This document shows positions 12,033 to 25,185 of a DNA stretch of 64,000 nucleotides, piece by piece. The notes under the pieces are model-generated. The model was not told the origin of the DNA, ran no database searches, and saw only the letters and a list, made by a program, of their open reading frames with translations. How positions within the stretch are numbered: the stretch's first letter is position 1; the number at the start of each line of letters is the position of its first letter. The position numbers were made by a program, and so were the translations under genes. The DNA is from Harriotta raleighana (taxonomy: Eukaryota): the NCBI GenBank assembly GCA_050575255.1, contig JBNZDD010013722.1:1251119-1315118 (forward strand), in the 5' to 3' direction.

Positions 12033-13504
12033 TTGTCAGATGGCTTCTAAGTAAAGGAATTGACTACCCAGAGTTATATTGTATTATACATCAGAAGTCA
12101 CTTTGTGGACGTCGCTCTAGTTCAATAATGAAATGAACGGTAACAAAGTGTATAAATCTTATAAAAGGGGGTAATCAATCATTAACCAACCCATGGATTT
12201 TATCTTTTCTTATCTTTACTTTAAGATTTGGATGCTGGTGATTTTCAGTTGCATTCAGAAGTGCGGTGGCTAAATCCAGGAAATTGCTTGAAAGGAGTTT
12301 TTGCTTTAAAGAATGAAGTACTGTATGTCAATTTCTCAATGTACCCTTAAAGACTGATACATAGGCCAGTGTAAGAGAATTTATCAAATACAAATTTTGT
12401 TTGCTTTTTGCCATTTGTAACGAACATTATTCGGCACTCAACAACCTAAATATGAAGTTACAAGGCAGAAAACAAAGTGTCTAAGACCACAATGCACATC
12501 TTGATGGGTTTCTTAATAAATTGGAGCTTTGTAAATCAATGCCATCATGCACACAAATCCCTTAAGATCTGGGCAACATTGATCTTACAGTCTATTCTAA
12601 CAATTTGCATGGTCTTCTGGAAGGATTTTGCAAAGAGGTTATGATAATAATAAAACTTACATTTGATATAACGCCTTAGCACTGAAGTACTGTTCAATTT
12701 TATGTAATCAATCTAGCCAGCTTATACTACTGAACACATAATGATGGTGATTAGGTGGTAATGCTCAACTTAGACTGATTTGCCCTGAGAAACAGGATAG
12801 GTTCCAGTGGCAAACACCAGTACTAAGGTATGCATTAGGGTATAATTGTGAATTGATTTTGGGTTGCCAGTAATGGTACTATCCATTGGATTGTTTCACA
12901 CAGTGGACATCTTAAATACATTTTTTAAAATTAGGTTCTAAAATTCCCTGGGGATCGATGGCGAAGCACAACATAAATAGCATCTTTTTATCAGGGCAAA
13001 ATATTTCAAAGTACCAATAGAACCTTAGTGACGCTCCTTTACTGCTTACTTATGGCTGAGTGAAAGCATAACTTTACTCTGAATTCTATCTCTTTCTCTC
13101 CATTCAGACCAAGTATACTGTTGAGGCTCTCATATTTGGCACTAACTATCTCAAACTGCATTTCATGAGGACCTGACATGTTGGTTTGGAAAGCAAGAGA
13201 ATTGGGTAGCCTGTTCCTTTAAGTGTAATTGGTAAATGGGGCAGGGAACATGCAGCAGGCATAAGTTCTCTGAGGGAAAAAGATGGCCACATCAGTATTG
13301 TTGAAGGAGATATCAAAGGTAGAGTAGGTTGGGGTAAGACTATGGATTGATATGAACGTGAGAACGAGAGTCACAAACTCCATCTGCTAGGGCATAGGCC
13401 AGCGGAGCCTGAGAAATAGCATGAGCTGGAAAATTCTGGATTGTCGGCAAACAGTATAAAGAAGAGCTGGGGAATTTACAGCCAAAGTAGGTTGTCCAAT
13501 ATAG

Positions 13505-13715
13505 AATAATAATAAGAAGAAGAAGAAGAATCCTTGCATTTGATATAGCGTTTTCACGTTTTCTAGACGTCTCAAAGCACTTAACAGGATTTACTGTAAA
13601 GTGAATTGACTCAAAACCCGTCAGTCAAATGCCCCCAGTAGTGTCCCACAAACAGTCAAGGATTGAAATGATCAATTTATTCTAGTTTTTTTTTGATGGA
13701 TTATTTTTAGGCATG
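13505..13715 (-). mobile_element. SINE 3' portion (duplicate at about 18945-19122)
   Basis: tccttgcatttgatatagcgttttcacgttttctagacgtctcaaagcac...gtgtcccacaaacagtcaaggattgaaatgatcaattt. Confidence 0.85.
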
Positions 13716-14304
13716 AACCCTACTATTAGACATGGTCACAGATTTGACAAATGGGCTCAGAAGAATGTGCCTAACTTAACTTTAAGTGAAAGTGGTCAAT
13801 ATGTGTAATAGATTAGGGAGTTTATGGAGGCCGAAAATTAGATCACTGGTTTATGAATAAATTGATTAAGAATACAAGGGATGGAATAATGTATGATTTC
13901 TTATTTACATTAATCACACCAGTTCTAGTAAGGCTCCACTGGCTTCTTATCACTGAATGGATCGATTTCATATGTAAAAGGCTTACAAATTTACCCCCAA
14001 ATACTCTGACAACATAAATTTTAACAGGATAGTAATAAACCTAATATCATGTGAAATTGGAGGTCTCATTCCCTGAATTGTCCTCATTGTTAACAGCTTC
14101 ACTTAGACTAGATGTGTTCCTTCAACAATCATGTTCAAATCTTTTGTTTCCTTTTGCTCATGCACCAGGATACATATGCTTGCTGTTTCTTATTCAAATA
14201 CAAATAACCCTATATTTATCTATATTGACATTGAATTGTCATTTATTTTACATCTGTTCAATTGGTTGAGATCCTTTTGAATACTATAAATCCACATTAT
14301 ATTC

Positions 14305-14540
14305 ATCCCCCAGAGGATTGAATTCAAAATCCTCATCCTTACCCCTCCCGACATCTAAGCCCCGCCATCCCCATATCAACCTATCTGCTCCCTCTGCTCA
14401 GTAGACTGTGGCCTCTTCCACAATTCCCGCCAAGCCTGCTCCACCTTCACTCTATCAAACAACATCCCACATTTCCTTTGCCTCGCTCCCTTCCTTGCCT
14501 CCTTCAAGGTACTTCTCAAAACCTTCCTCTTCGACCAAGA
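14305..14540 (+). mobile_element. L2 3' fragment (duplicate at about 19712-19947)
   Basis: cccagaggattgaattcaaaatcctcatcctt...ccttcaaggtacttctcaaaaccttcctcttcgacc, L2 ORF2 C-terminus. Confidence 0.7.
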
Positions 14541-14544
14541 GGTT

Positions 14545-14687
14545 CCGCCTTGGCTCCGCACATTCGGGTCCTTGGCTCTGCCTCAGCTCCACACATATTC
14601 GGGGGCTTGAGACTAAAGCTCCGCACCCTCACAGCCAACGGTACGTGCCCTAGAAGGGAAGCATGCCCCACAGTTTGGAAACCACTG
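14545..14687. mobile_element. Possible hAT/Charlie-type MITE end (duplicate at 19952-20094)
   Basis: GC-rich stretch ending ccccacagtttggaaaccactg, resembling MER5/Charlie-type termini. Only one end seen. Confidence 0.4.
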
Positions 14688-15842
14688 CTTTACAGAATAC
14701 TGTATACTGTAAAATGAGTTGATTGTATATTTGTGGGCAAAATACAGCAGCCAATTGCACACAGCAGTGCCTTACAACAGTCGTGGATTGAGTGAAAAAA
14801 TGACCATTATTATTACCCGCAGGGTGGAATATTCCCCATTAATCATCACCTTGTGCTTTCTATTACAAAATCTTTTTCCAATTCAACTGATTTTGCATCA
14901 ATCTTACAGCACAATTTCTATGAAGGAGAATGGAGAAACATTTTTTAAAAATCTGCCCTAGGTTTTTGCCTAAATAAGACTCTGACCAAGCAAAGGGTGA
15001 AAGAAGTCCTTCAAAAGAGCTTGTGGTTTGAACAATTTGCCTGAATTAAGTGAACTCATTTTCTAATTTTCATTTGTCACCATCAGCCCTTTTAGTTTGT
15101 TTCATGGTCATTACCACAGTCTCTGGGTGAACAGATGCACAATTCACCCTGGGACAATGAAGTGTGACACTTCATTTCCTACAGTCTTTTGTGTATGCAC
15201 AGAACAGCGAATAACATAATAATAATTGGAAATAGGTTGGAACAATTGAACTCAAACCAACCAACAATGATACAAACACAGATTGCATTCAGCTATAATG
15301 TTTAAGCTAACATTCTCCTTTAGAAAATATCACAGATCTTCATGTTTCTAATGAGATAATTTCTTTTTAATGCACTTGACAAATTTCAAAATGAAAACAA
15401 AGTCTCTCAAATAGATCAGTATCACCGACACAATTTATCACAACTGTTATGAGATATATCCATCCCTCATACATTTGTGAGAATATAATCCAGTTTCCTT
15501 GCTGCCTATATCACAGAGACAGCCCTGGCCAAAATCTATAATGACATTTAAAACATCTATGATCAGGGCTCTCTCTGCCTTCTTGTCCTCCTTGACCTCT
15601 CTGCTGCATTTGACACTGTTGACCACTCCATCCTCCTACACTGCCTCTCCTACCAGCTCAATGTTCATGGTCCTGCCCTCGCCTGATTCGACTCTTATCT
15701 GTTTCAACATCTCCACTTTGTCACCACCATTGGCTTCTCCTCCAGCCCCCACACTGTCACCTGTGGGGGCCCGCAGTGCTCTGTCCTTCAACCCCTACAT
15801 TTCAATATCTACATGCTCCCTCATAGTGACATCGTCCGCAGN

Positions 15843-18800
15843 GATAAGGAGATCAGTTCACAGGTCACTGGGAGTTTGAACCAGTATTATTTCTCAGTGT
15901 TCTTATTTTACATTGGTGTTAGATGAAATACTGACAAACTGACAAAGCTCAGTTGCTAATTTTCATCAGAACAGTGTAAAATGATTTTATGACAAAAAAA
16001 ACTGTTGGCATTAGCTTCAATGCACAGTACTATCAAGGGTTCAGATATTTATGAAGCTGTAAAAAAAAGTGCTTGAAAAAAATGACGATTTTGATAAAAC
16101 CTCAGCACTAGTAACAGATGGTCACATTTATGTGTGTATATGTAAACAAATCATTTGATAAGGTGCTACATAATAGACTAGTTGGCTAAATTAAAGCCCA
16201 TGGGAGAAAAGGGAAATGGCAGCATGGATACAAAATTGGCTTGCAGACAGAAAGCAGAGGTAGTGGCAAATGGTTGTTTTTCAGCCTGGAGGGAAATACA
16301 TAGTGGTGTCTCTCAGGAGTTAGTATTAACATCTCTGCGCTTTTTGATATATAAATGACTTGGACTTAGCTATAGAGAGCAATATTTTAAAGTTTGCAGA
16401 TGATACAAAAGTTGGAAATGTAGTAAATCACAAGGAGGATGGTAGCAGACTAGATGAGGAAAAGGCAGACTGGTGAAATGGACAGACACATGGGTAGATG
16501 ACGGTTAATACAGAGAAGTGAGAGGTGATGCATTTTGGGGGAAAGAATTAGGTGAGGCAATATACACTTAATGGTACAGCTTTAAAAGAGGGTACAGAGC
16601 AGAGAGCCCAGGGGGTTCACATACTCGGATCTTTGAATAAATCAGGACAAATTGATAACTCAGTTAAAAATAATATGGGTTCTTGGCTTTATTAATAGTG
16701 GCATAGAGTACGTAAGCAAGGAAGTTCTGCTAAACCTTTATAAAGCACCAGTTAGCCTTTAGCTGGAATATTGTGTCCAATTCTGGGCTCTGCACTGTAG
16801 GATGGATATCAAGGCCTTGGATAAGGTGCAGAGGAGATTTACCAGAATGATACCAGGGTTCAGGAACTTTAGTGCAAAATACTGCAGATGCTGGAAAGCT
16901 GAAATAAAAACAGAAATCATTGGGAACACTCAGTAAGTCAGGCAGATCTATGGAGAAACGAAAAGTGAGTGAACATTTCCTGTCCTTCGTCAGAACTGGG
17001 GTGTGTTGGGAGGGAGTAACTTTATGGATAGTGACTTTAGGGATCAGGGACTTTAGTTGGAGAGAGTAGAAATTGCTCTCCTTAGAGCATTAAAGGTGAA
17101 GGAGAGATTTCAAAAAGGTGTTCAAAATTATGAATGGTATTGATAGAGTAGGTAGGGAGAAATTGTTTCTACTGGCAGATTGGTCAGTAACCAGGGGACA
17201 TAAATTCGAGATAATTGGCAAAAGAACCAGAGGGGAGATGAGGAGACTTTTTTTTTAAAAGAAAATACAGTTCTTGTAGTCTGGAAGGCACTGCCTGAAA
17301 GGGTGGACATGGATTTGATAACAACTTTCAAAAGAGAATTGTTTATGTACTTGAAGAGGAAAAAAATTGCAAAGTTGTAGGGAAAGAGCTGGACAGTTGG
17401 ATTGATAGGGTAGCTTGTTAAAAGATGCATGATGGGCCAAATGGCCTCCTTCTGTGATGATATATTCTATCATTTGTCAGATGGCTTCTAAGTAAAGGAA
17501 TTGACTACCCAGAGTTATATTGTATTATACATCAGAAGTCACTTTGTGGACGTCGCTCTAGTTCAATAATGAAATGAACGGTAACAAAGTGTATAAATCT
17601 TATAAAAGGGGGTAATCAATCATTAACCAACCCATGGATTTTATCTTTTCTTATCTTTACTTTAAGATTTGGATGCTGGTGATTTTCAGTTGCATTCAGA
17701 AGTGCGGTGGCTAAATCCAGGAAATTGCTTGAAAGGAGTTTTTGCTTTAAAGAATGAAGTACTGTATGTCAATTTCTCAATGTACCCTTAAAGACTGATA
17801 CATAGGCCAGTGTAAGAGAATTTATCAAATACAAATTTTGTTTGCTTTTTGCCATTTGTAACGAACATTATTCGGCACTCAACAACCTAAATATGAAGTT
17901 ACAAGGCAGAAAACAAAGTGTCTAAGACCACAATGCACATCTTGATGGGTTTCTTAATAAATTGGAGCTTTGTAAATCAATGCCATCATGCACACAAATC
18001 CCTTAAGATCTGGGCAACATTGATCTTACAGTCTATTCTAACAATTTGCATGGTCTTCTGGAAGGATTTTGCAAAGAGGTTATGATAATAATAAAACTTA
18101 CATTTGATATAACGCCTTAGCACTGAAGTACTGTTCAATTTTATGTAATCAATCTAGCCAGCTTATACTACTGAACACATAATGATGGTGATTAGGTGGT
18201 AATGCTCAACTTAGACTGATTTGCCCTGAGAAACAGGATAGGTTCCAGTGGCAAACACCAGTACTAAGGTATGCATTAGGGTATAATTGTGAATTGATTT
18301 TGGGTTGCCAGTAATGGTACTATCCATTGGATTGTTTCACACAATGGACATCTTAAATACATTTTTAAAAATTAGGTTCTAAAATTCCCTGGGGATGGAT
18401 GGCGAAGCACAACATAAATAGCATCTTTTTATCAGGGCAAAATATTTCAAAGTACCAATAGAACCTTAGTGACGCTCCTTTACTGCTTACTTATGGCTGA
18501 GTGAAAGCATAACTTTACTCTGAATTCTATCTCTTTCTCTCCATTCAGACCAAGTATACTGTTGAGGCTCTCATATTTGGCACTAACTATCTCAAACTGC
18601 ATTTCATGAGGACCTGACATGTTGGTTTGGAAAGCAAGAGAATTGGGTAGCCTGTTCCTTTAAGTGTAATTGGTAAATGGGGCAGGGAACATGCAGCAGG
18701 CATAAGTTCTCTGAGGGAAAAAGATAGCCACATCAGTATTGTTGAAGGAGATATCAAAGGTAGAGTAGGTTGGGGTAAGACTATGGATTGATATGAACGT

Positions 18801-21247
18801 GAGAACGAGAGTCACAAACTCCATCTGCTAGGGCATAGGCCAGCGGAGCCTGAGAAATAACATGAGCTGGAAAATTCTGGATTGTCGGCAAACAGTATAA
18901 AGAAGAGCTGGGGAATTTACAGCCAAAGCAGGTTGTCCAATATAGAATAATAATAAGAATAAGAATCCTTGCATTTGATATAGCGTTTTCATGTTTTCTA
19001 GACGTCTCAAAGCACTTAACAGGATTTACTGTAAAGTGAATTGACTCGAAACCCACAAACAGTCAAGGATTGAAATGATCAATTTATTCTAGTTTTTTTT
19101 TGATGGATTATTTTTAGGCATGAACCCTACTATTAGACATGGTCACAGATTTGACAAATGGGTTCAGAAGAATGTGCCTAACTTAACTTTAAGTGAAAGT
19201 GGTCAATATGTGTAATAGATTAGGGAGTTTATGGAGGCCGAAAATTAGATCACTGGTTTATGAATAAATTGATTAAGAATACAAGGGATGGAATAATGTA
19301 TGATTTCTTATTTACATTAATCACACCAGTTCTAGTAAGGCTCCACTGGCTTCTTATCACTGAATGGATCGATTTCATATGTAAAAGGCTTACAAATTTA
19401 CCCCCAAATACTCTGACAACATAAATTTTAACAGGATAGTAATAAACCTAATATCATGTGAAATTGGAGGTCTCATTCCCTGAATTGTCCTCATTGTTAA
19501 CAGCTTCACTTAGACTAGATGTGTTCCTTCAACAATCATGTTCAAATCTTTTGTTTCCTTTTGCTCATGCGCCAGGATACATATGCTTGCTGTTTCTTAT
19601 TCAAATACAAATAACCCTATATTTATCTATATTGACATTGAATTGTTATTTATTTTACATCTGTTCAATTGGCTGAGATCCTTTTGAATACTATAAATCC
19701 ACATTATATTCATCCCCCAGAGGATTGAATTCAAAATCCTCATCCTTACCCCTCCCGACATCTAAGCCCCGCCATCCCCATATCAACCTATCTGCTCCCT
19801 CCGCTCAGTAGACTGTGGCCTCTTCCACAATTCCCGCCAAGCCTGCTCCACCTTCATTCTATCAAACAACATCCCACATTTCCTTTGCCTCGCTCCCTTC
19901 CTTGCCTCCTTCAAGGTACTTCTCAAAACCTTCCTCTTCGACCAAGAGGTTCCGCCTTGGCTCCGCACATTCGGGTCCTTGGCTCTGCCTCAGCTCCACA
20001 CATATTCGGGGGCTTGAGACTAAAGCTCCGCACCCTCACAGCCAACGGTACGTGCCCTAGAAGGGAAGCATGCCCCACAGTTTGGAAACCACTGCTTTAC
20101 AGAATACTGTATACTGTAAAATGAGTTGATTGTATATTTGTGGGCAAAATACAGCAGCCAATTGCACACAGCAGTGCCTTACAACAGTCGTGGATTGAGT
20201 GAAAAAATGACCATTATTATTACCCACAGGGTGGAATATTCCCCATTAATCATCACCTTGTGCTTTCTATTACAAAATCTTTTTCCAATTCAACTGATTT
20301 TGCATCAATCTTACAGCACAATTTCTATGAAGGAGAATGGAGAAACATTTTTTAAAAATCTGCCCTAGGTTTTTGCCTAAATAAGACTCTGACCAAGCAA
20401 AGGGTGAAAGAAGTCCTTCAAAAGAGCTTGTGGTTTGAACAATTTGCCTGAATTAAGTGAACTCATTTTCTAATTTTCATTTGTCACCATCAGCCCTTTT
20501 AGTTTGTTTCATGGTCATTACCACAGTCTCTGGGTGAACAGATGCACAATTCACCCTGGGACAATGAAGTGTGACACTTCATTTCCTACAGTCTTTTGTA
20601 TATGCACAGAACAGCGAATAACATAATAATAATTGGAAATAGGTTGGAACAATTGAACTCAAACCAACCAACAATGATACAAACACAGATTGCATTCAGC
20701 TATAATGTTTAAGCTAACATTCTCCTTTAGAAAATATCACAGATCTTCATGTTTCTAATGAGATAATTTCTTTTTAATGCACTTGACAAATTTCAAAATG
20801 AAAACAAAGTCTCTCAAATAGATCAGTATCACCGACACAATTTATCACAACTGTTATGAGATATATCCATCCCTCATACATTTGTGAGAATATAATCCAG
20901 TTTCCTTGCTGCCTATATCACAGAGACAGCCCTGGCCAAAATCTATAATGACACTTAAAACATCTATGATCAGGGCTTCTCTGCCTTCTTGTCCTCCTTG
21001 ACCTCTCTGCTGCATTTGACACTGTTGACCACTCCATCCTCCTACACTGCCTCTCCTACCAGCTCAATGTTCATGGTCCTGCCCTCGCCTGATTCGACTC
21101 TTATCTGTTTCAACATCTCCACTTTGTCACCACCATTGGCTTCTCCTCCAGCCCCCACACTGTCACCTGTGGGGGCCCGCAGTGCTCTGTCCTTCAACCC
21201 CTACATTTCAATATCTACATGCTCCCTCATAGTGACATCGTCCGCAG
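15843..21247 (+). repeat. Copy 2 of the 5.4-kb duplication
   Basis: Same ORFs recur at offset 5441, then 5407 after indels. Differences are scattered SNPs plus 6-bp, 28-bp and 1-bp indels. The L2 cut at 15841 continues seamlessly after 21247. Confidence 0.95.
16141..17473 (+). mobile_element. CR1 fragment with PLE insert (duplicate of 10700-12032)
   Basis: Same sequence as the first copy at offset 5441. Confidence 0.9.
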
Positions 21248-23070
21248 ACATTGGGTCAACTTCCACCTACTTCTATATGGATGACACCTAACTCTAGCTT
21301 TCTCCCACTACCCTCAATTCCAGAACCACTGCTGTCCTGACAGACTGCCTGTTAAACATCAAGTCCTGGATGAGAGCTAATTTTCTGCAGTTGGATGTTA
21401 ACAAGACATGATTGTCTCGCGCCAGCGCATTCACACATAAACCCCCATGGTTGCCCATTCCACTTCACCAAGTCAGTCAGGAACCTAGGTCTTGTTCAAT
21501 CCTCAACTGTCTATCCTTCCACATCCAAGCATGACCCACTCTGCGTTCCTTCACTTGCGCAACATTGCCCAACTCCGCCACTACCTCACCCNTTATCCTT
21601 CCACATCCAAGCATGCGTTCCTTCACTTGCGCAACATTGCCCAACTCCGCCACTACCTCACCCCTCAGGCTGCTGAAACCCTCATTCATGCCTGCATCAC
21701 ATCCAGGCTTGACTACACCAATAAAAAAAGTTTAATACTACAGATGCTGGAAATCCAAAACAAAACATAATTTTTAAAAAACAGACTGCGAGTGGGAAGG
21801 AGAGTTGAAATGGTACGAAACTGCTAGGTCAACTGTATTTGCAGACAGCATGGTGCCCTTTCCCTGGTACCTTCCCATGCCAGCACAGGAGGTGCAATAT
21901 CTGCCCTTTGTCCTCTTCCCAGAGTTCTGTCCAATGCCCCAAATACAGTTTTTATGTGAGAGCGATTTACATGTACTACCACCAATGTAGTACAGTACTG
22001 TATATTGCATCAGCCTCTCATGGTGAGATATCCTCTAGAGGGGAGACGAAACACAGGTTGAGTGACTGATTTGCAGAATACCTCTGTTCTATCCGCAAAT
22101 ACAATGTTGACTACTGGTTTTGTACAATTTCAACTCTCCTTTACACTCGCAGTCTGACCTCTCCATCCACGGTCTCCTATGCACAAGCTAGAGGAACAGC
22201 ACCTTATCCATTTGCTAGGGACCTTAAAGCACCTCTGACTTAATATTGATTTTAATAATTTCAGGCCATAACAGCTCACCTTTCCTCTCTTCTGCAACCA
22301 TCTGATCTGCTTGTTCTTCAGCAATTTCATCCTCTCTTTGTTTTAAAGTTATTAATACTTCTCTCCATTTTTCTTCCAATTCCCCCTTTTGTTTCACAAC
22401 ATTAACACCTCTGTATCCCATCATCTCCTACCCTCTACCCCATTTTATCCATTGTCTTCCTTGCCCTGCCTCTCCATCTCTGTTAATCCTTAAAAGCCTC
22501 TTCCTCCCAACATGCCCCAGTTCTGATGAAAGTTCGTGGACCCGAAATGTTTTGAATCACTTTTCCTTTCTCTATAGATGCTCTTTGACCTATTTCCCAG
22601 CAATTTCTGTTCTTGTTTAGACTACGCCAATGCCCTGCTTGCCAAACTTCACATTTCCTTCCTCCATAGGTCATCCAGAATCCTGTAGCCCATGTCCTCT
22701 AACACTTCAAGCTCTGTGACCCCATCTCCCCCATTCTCGCCTGATTCCATTGGCTCCCCATCACACAGATGATTCCAGTGGCTCAGCATCACGCAGATGA
22801 TTCAATTCAAGATGTTGGTCCACACGTTCAAAGCCCAATATGGCCTCACCCCATGCTACCTCTGCAACCTCCAAAACTGCTTACGAACCAGTCTTCCCCT
22901 TCCAATCACGATGCTTTGGCATGTCCCCCAACTCTCCTGCCCCATCATTGGTAGGCAAGCCTTCAGCTACTCTTGCCCTAACCTCTGTGATTCCATCCAG
23001 CAGACTCTCCTCACATTCAAAGTCCTACATGGCCTCGCCTCAACTTACTGGTATTTTAGGGACATTTCTC
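20905..23070 (+). mobile_element. L2 ORF2 3' half, interrupted by a Penelope element
   Basis: Motifs [64 protein letters not shown] (ORF 21492..21770); continues ANALLA after 22620. Confidence 0.9.
21723..22619 (+). mobile_element. Penelope-like element: GIY-YIG endonuclease C-terminal remnant, 3' UTR and inverted 5' partial copy
   Basis: PGTFPCQHRRCNICP...GETKHRLSD..FAEYLCSIRK...FNSPLHSQSDLSIHGLL...KLEEQHLIHLLGTL...LNIDFNNFRP* (frameshifted). 21782-21848 is the reverse complement of about 22089-22156. Flanked by gactacaccaat (21711-21722) / gactacgccaat (22620-22631). Confidence 0.85.
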
Positions 23071-23075
23071 ACCCT

Positions 23076-23745
23076 ACAACAACAACAACAAACAAAATTA
23101 CACTTATATAGCGCCTTTCACATTGGAAGGACGTCCCAAAGCGCAGTCTGAACAGTCAGGTCGGGACCCGAGCATGGGGGGGATCAGGGGTAGAGGGGGG
23201 GGGAAGGAGAGTGGGAAGAGTTAAGGTGGGGAGGAAACCAAAGGTGCACTCGAAGAGGAAGGTCTTGAGACCGGCCTTAAAGGAGGAAAGGGAGGAACAA
23301 GGTGGAGGGACCGAGGGATGGAGTTCCAAAATGTGGGGGCAGAGAGGCTGAAAGCCCGGCCACCGATGGTTCGGTGGTTAGGAAGGTGTACGCGGAGCAG
23401 GCCTGAGTCTGCTGAACAAAAGGTGTGGGCAGGCTGATAGGGAGACAGCAGGTCAGAGAGATAGGGGGGGCAAGGCCGTGAATGGCCTTGAAGGTGAGGG
23501 CGAGGATCTAGAAGTCGATCCTCTGGGGGATAGGGAGACAGTGGAGGCGGGCGAGGGTGGGAGTGATGTGGTTCACGGAGCCTAGTGCGGGAGAGTACAA
23601 TGGCTGCAGAATTTTGAATGATCTGCAGCCTGTGAAGGGAGGAGTTGGGAAGGCCGACGAGGAAAGAGTTCCTATAGTCAAGCCTGGAAGTGATGAAGGC
23701 CTGAATTAGTTTCGGCGGCGTGGGGGATGAGGTGGTGGCAGAGTC
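23076..23745 (-). mobile_element. L2 3' end, relatively young (CpGs retained)
   Basis: Tail acaacaacaacaacaaacaaaattacacttatatagcgcctttcac; minus strand encodes IQAFITSRLDYRNSFLVGLPNSSLHRLQIIQNSAA. Confidence 0.9.
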
Positions 23746-23764
23746 ACCCTAACCACCTAACCCC

Positions 23765-23985
23765 CCACCAACCCCCTACCAACCTACCTGCACCCTCCGC
23801 TCAGAAGGCTTAGGCCTGCTCCACACCCCCTGACCCACCATTGGTGGGCGAGCCTTCAGCCATACTGCCCCCAACCTCTGGAACTCCATCCCGCAGTCCC
23901 TCCACCTTACCCCTCCCTAGCCTCATTCAAGTCCCACCTCAAGACGCTCCTCTTCGATGGTCCCATCGGTTAAAATATTCCTCTG
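23765..23985 (+). mobile_element. L2 3' fragment
   Basis: cccaccattggtgggcgagccttcagccatactgccccCaacctctggaactccatccc...ttcaagtcccacctcaagac. Confidence 0.8.
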
Positions 23986-24142
23986 CCCAAGTAAATTTGG
24001 TCCTCAAAGGGCACAGGGGAAGCATTAAAAATTCTTCAATTGATAGAGTGCCTTCGTATTAGAAGTATTTTCCTATGTCCAGCGCTTCAGCGCTGCTATA
24101 CAAATGGTAGTGATTGTTCTTGTTATTCTTTTTGTTTCAATA

Positions 24143-24707
24143 CAGGCAGTCCTCTAGTTACGACGTTCCGAGGTATGACAATTCGAAGTTACGACGCTTA
24201 ATATCAGTAAAATTATGTCCGAGTTACATCCAAAGTCTCGAAGTTACGACACTACTATGTAAATACTTTAGTTGCCCCACGCGCGATAGAAAACTGGAGT
24301 CGCCGCTCTCAACACTTACGGGACCACGATGCGCGTTCAGGACAGGAACAGGATGGAGGCGAGATGCGAGTGTGTACTGTACAGGTACTGTGTGAGTCTG
24401 TGAGCTCGGCGGGACAGTACTCTCCAGCCTTTAGACGGTGCACTACGTCGCTTGTGATCTCCTGTGTTGCGCTACATCGAGTGCCAGACTCACAATGAAG
24501 CCATGTAAGTATAGTAATATTTTATTTTATTTACAGTACTGTACATATTAGGAGGGATGCAGGGGAGAGAGGGCAGCCCACTAATACACTACAACCAATC
24601 ACTGTATGCTACTGTAAGTATTATAGGGGGGTGACTCGACTTACATACAAATTCGACTTACACCACATCTTAGGAACCTAACCCTGACGTAACTTGAGGA
24701 CTGCCTG
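24143..24707. mobile_element. Tigger/pogo-type MITE (family B), complete, 565 bp
   Basis: TIRs caggcagtcctctagttacgac / gacgtaacttgaggactgcctg (20/22 match), TA on both sides (24141-24142, 24708-24709). No transposase ORF. Confidence 0.9.
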
Positions 24708-24984
24708 TACGTACTAAGATATTTTCGCTTCTGGAGTCCAGCTAGCACTGAGCCGACTCTAACACTCCCAGCTTTTCATTAATTAAATATTAAACAAGAA
24801 CTGGTGTGACTACTCGTTTTAATTTCATAAAGCAGGTGCTGTCCTGCAGTCAAGACACACATACAGCGTAAATTTTTCCCATACTTCATTAACATTAACT
24901 CTGCTCATCCTCCTTAAGCTCCACCATTCTCAACCTGAAACCCACAATTAAGTGACTATTCAGCCCGATCAGCTGAGTGTCCTT

Positions 24985-25185
24985 CTATGCCTAGCCCCTT
25001 CCCTAGCCTCATTCAAGTTCCACCTCATGACCCTTCTCTTTGATGGTCCCATTGGTCCAAATATCCTCCATTCCTCTACCCTGCATGACCCCGACCCCAG
25101 TTTGCTTCTGAAACATTGACTGTCCAGCACCTTAGGACGTTGTTTCGACTTGAAAGGCGCTATACAAATGTAATATTATTGTTCT
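24985..25185 (+). mobile_element. L2 3' end
   Basis: ccctagcctcattcaagttccacctcatgac...ggacgttgtttcgacttgaaaggcgctatacaaatgtaatt. Confidence 0.8.

Larger units (their letters stand above)
10402..15841 (+). repeat. Copy 1 of a 5.4-kb near-identical direct duplication (probable haplotype/assembly artefact)
   Basis: Begins gataaggagatcagttcac (10402) and ends ...gacatcgtccgcag (15841). The same sequence restarts right after a single N at 15842. Confidence 0.95.

Noticed and set aside
21510-21665. Apparent 70-80-bp tandem duplication in L2
   Set aside because: Centred on a single N (21592) and the copies differ by an indel, so it is a contig-overlap artefact.
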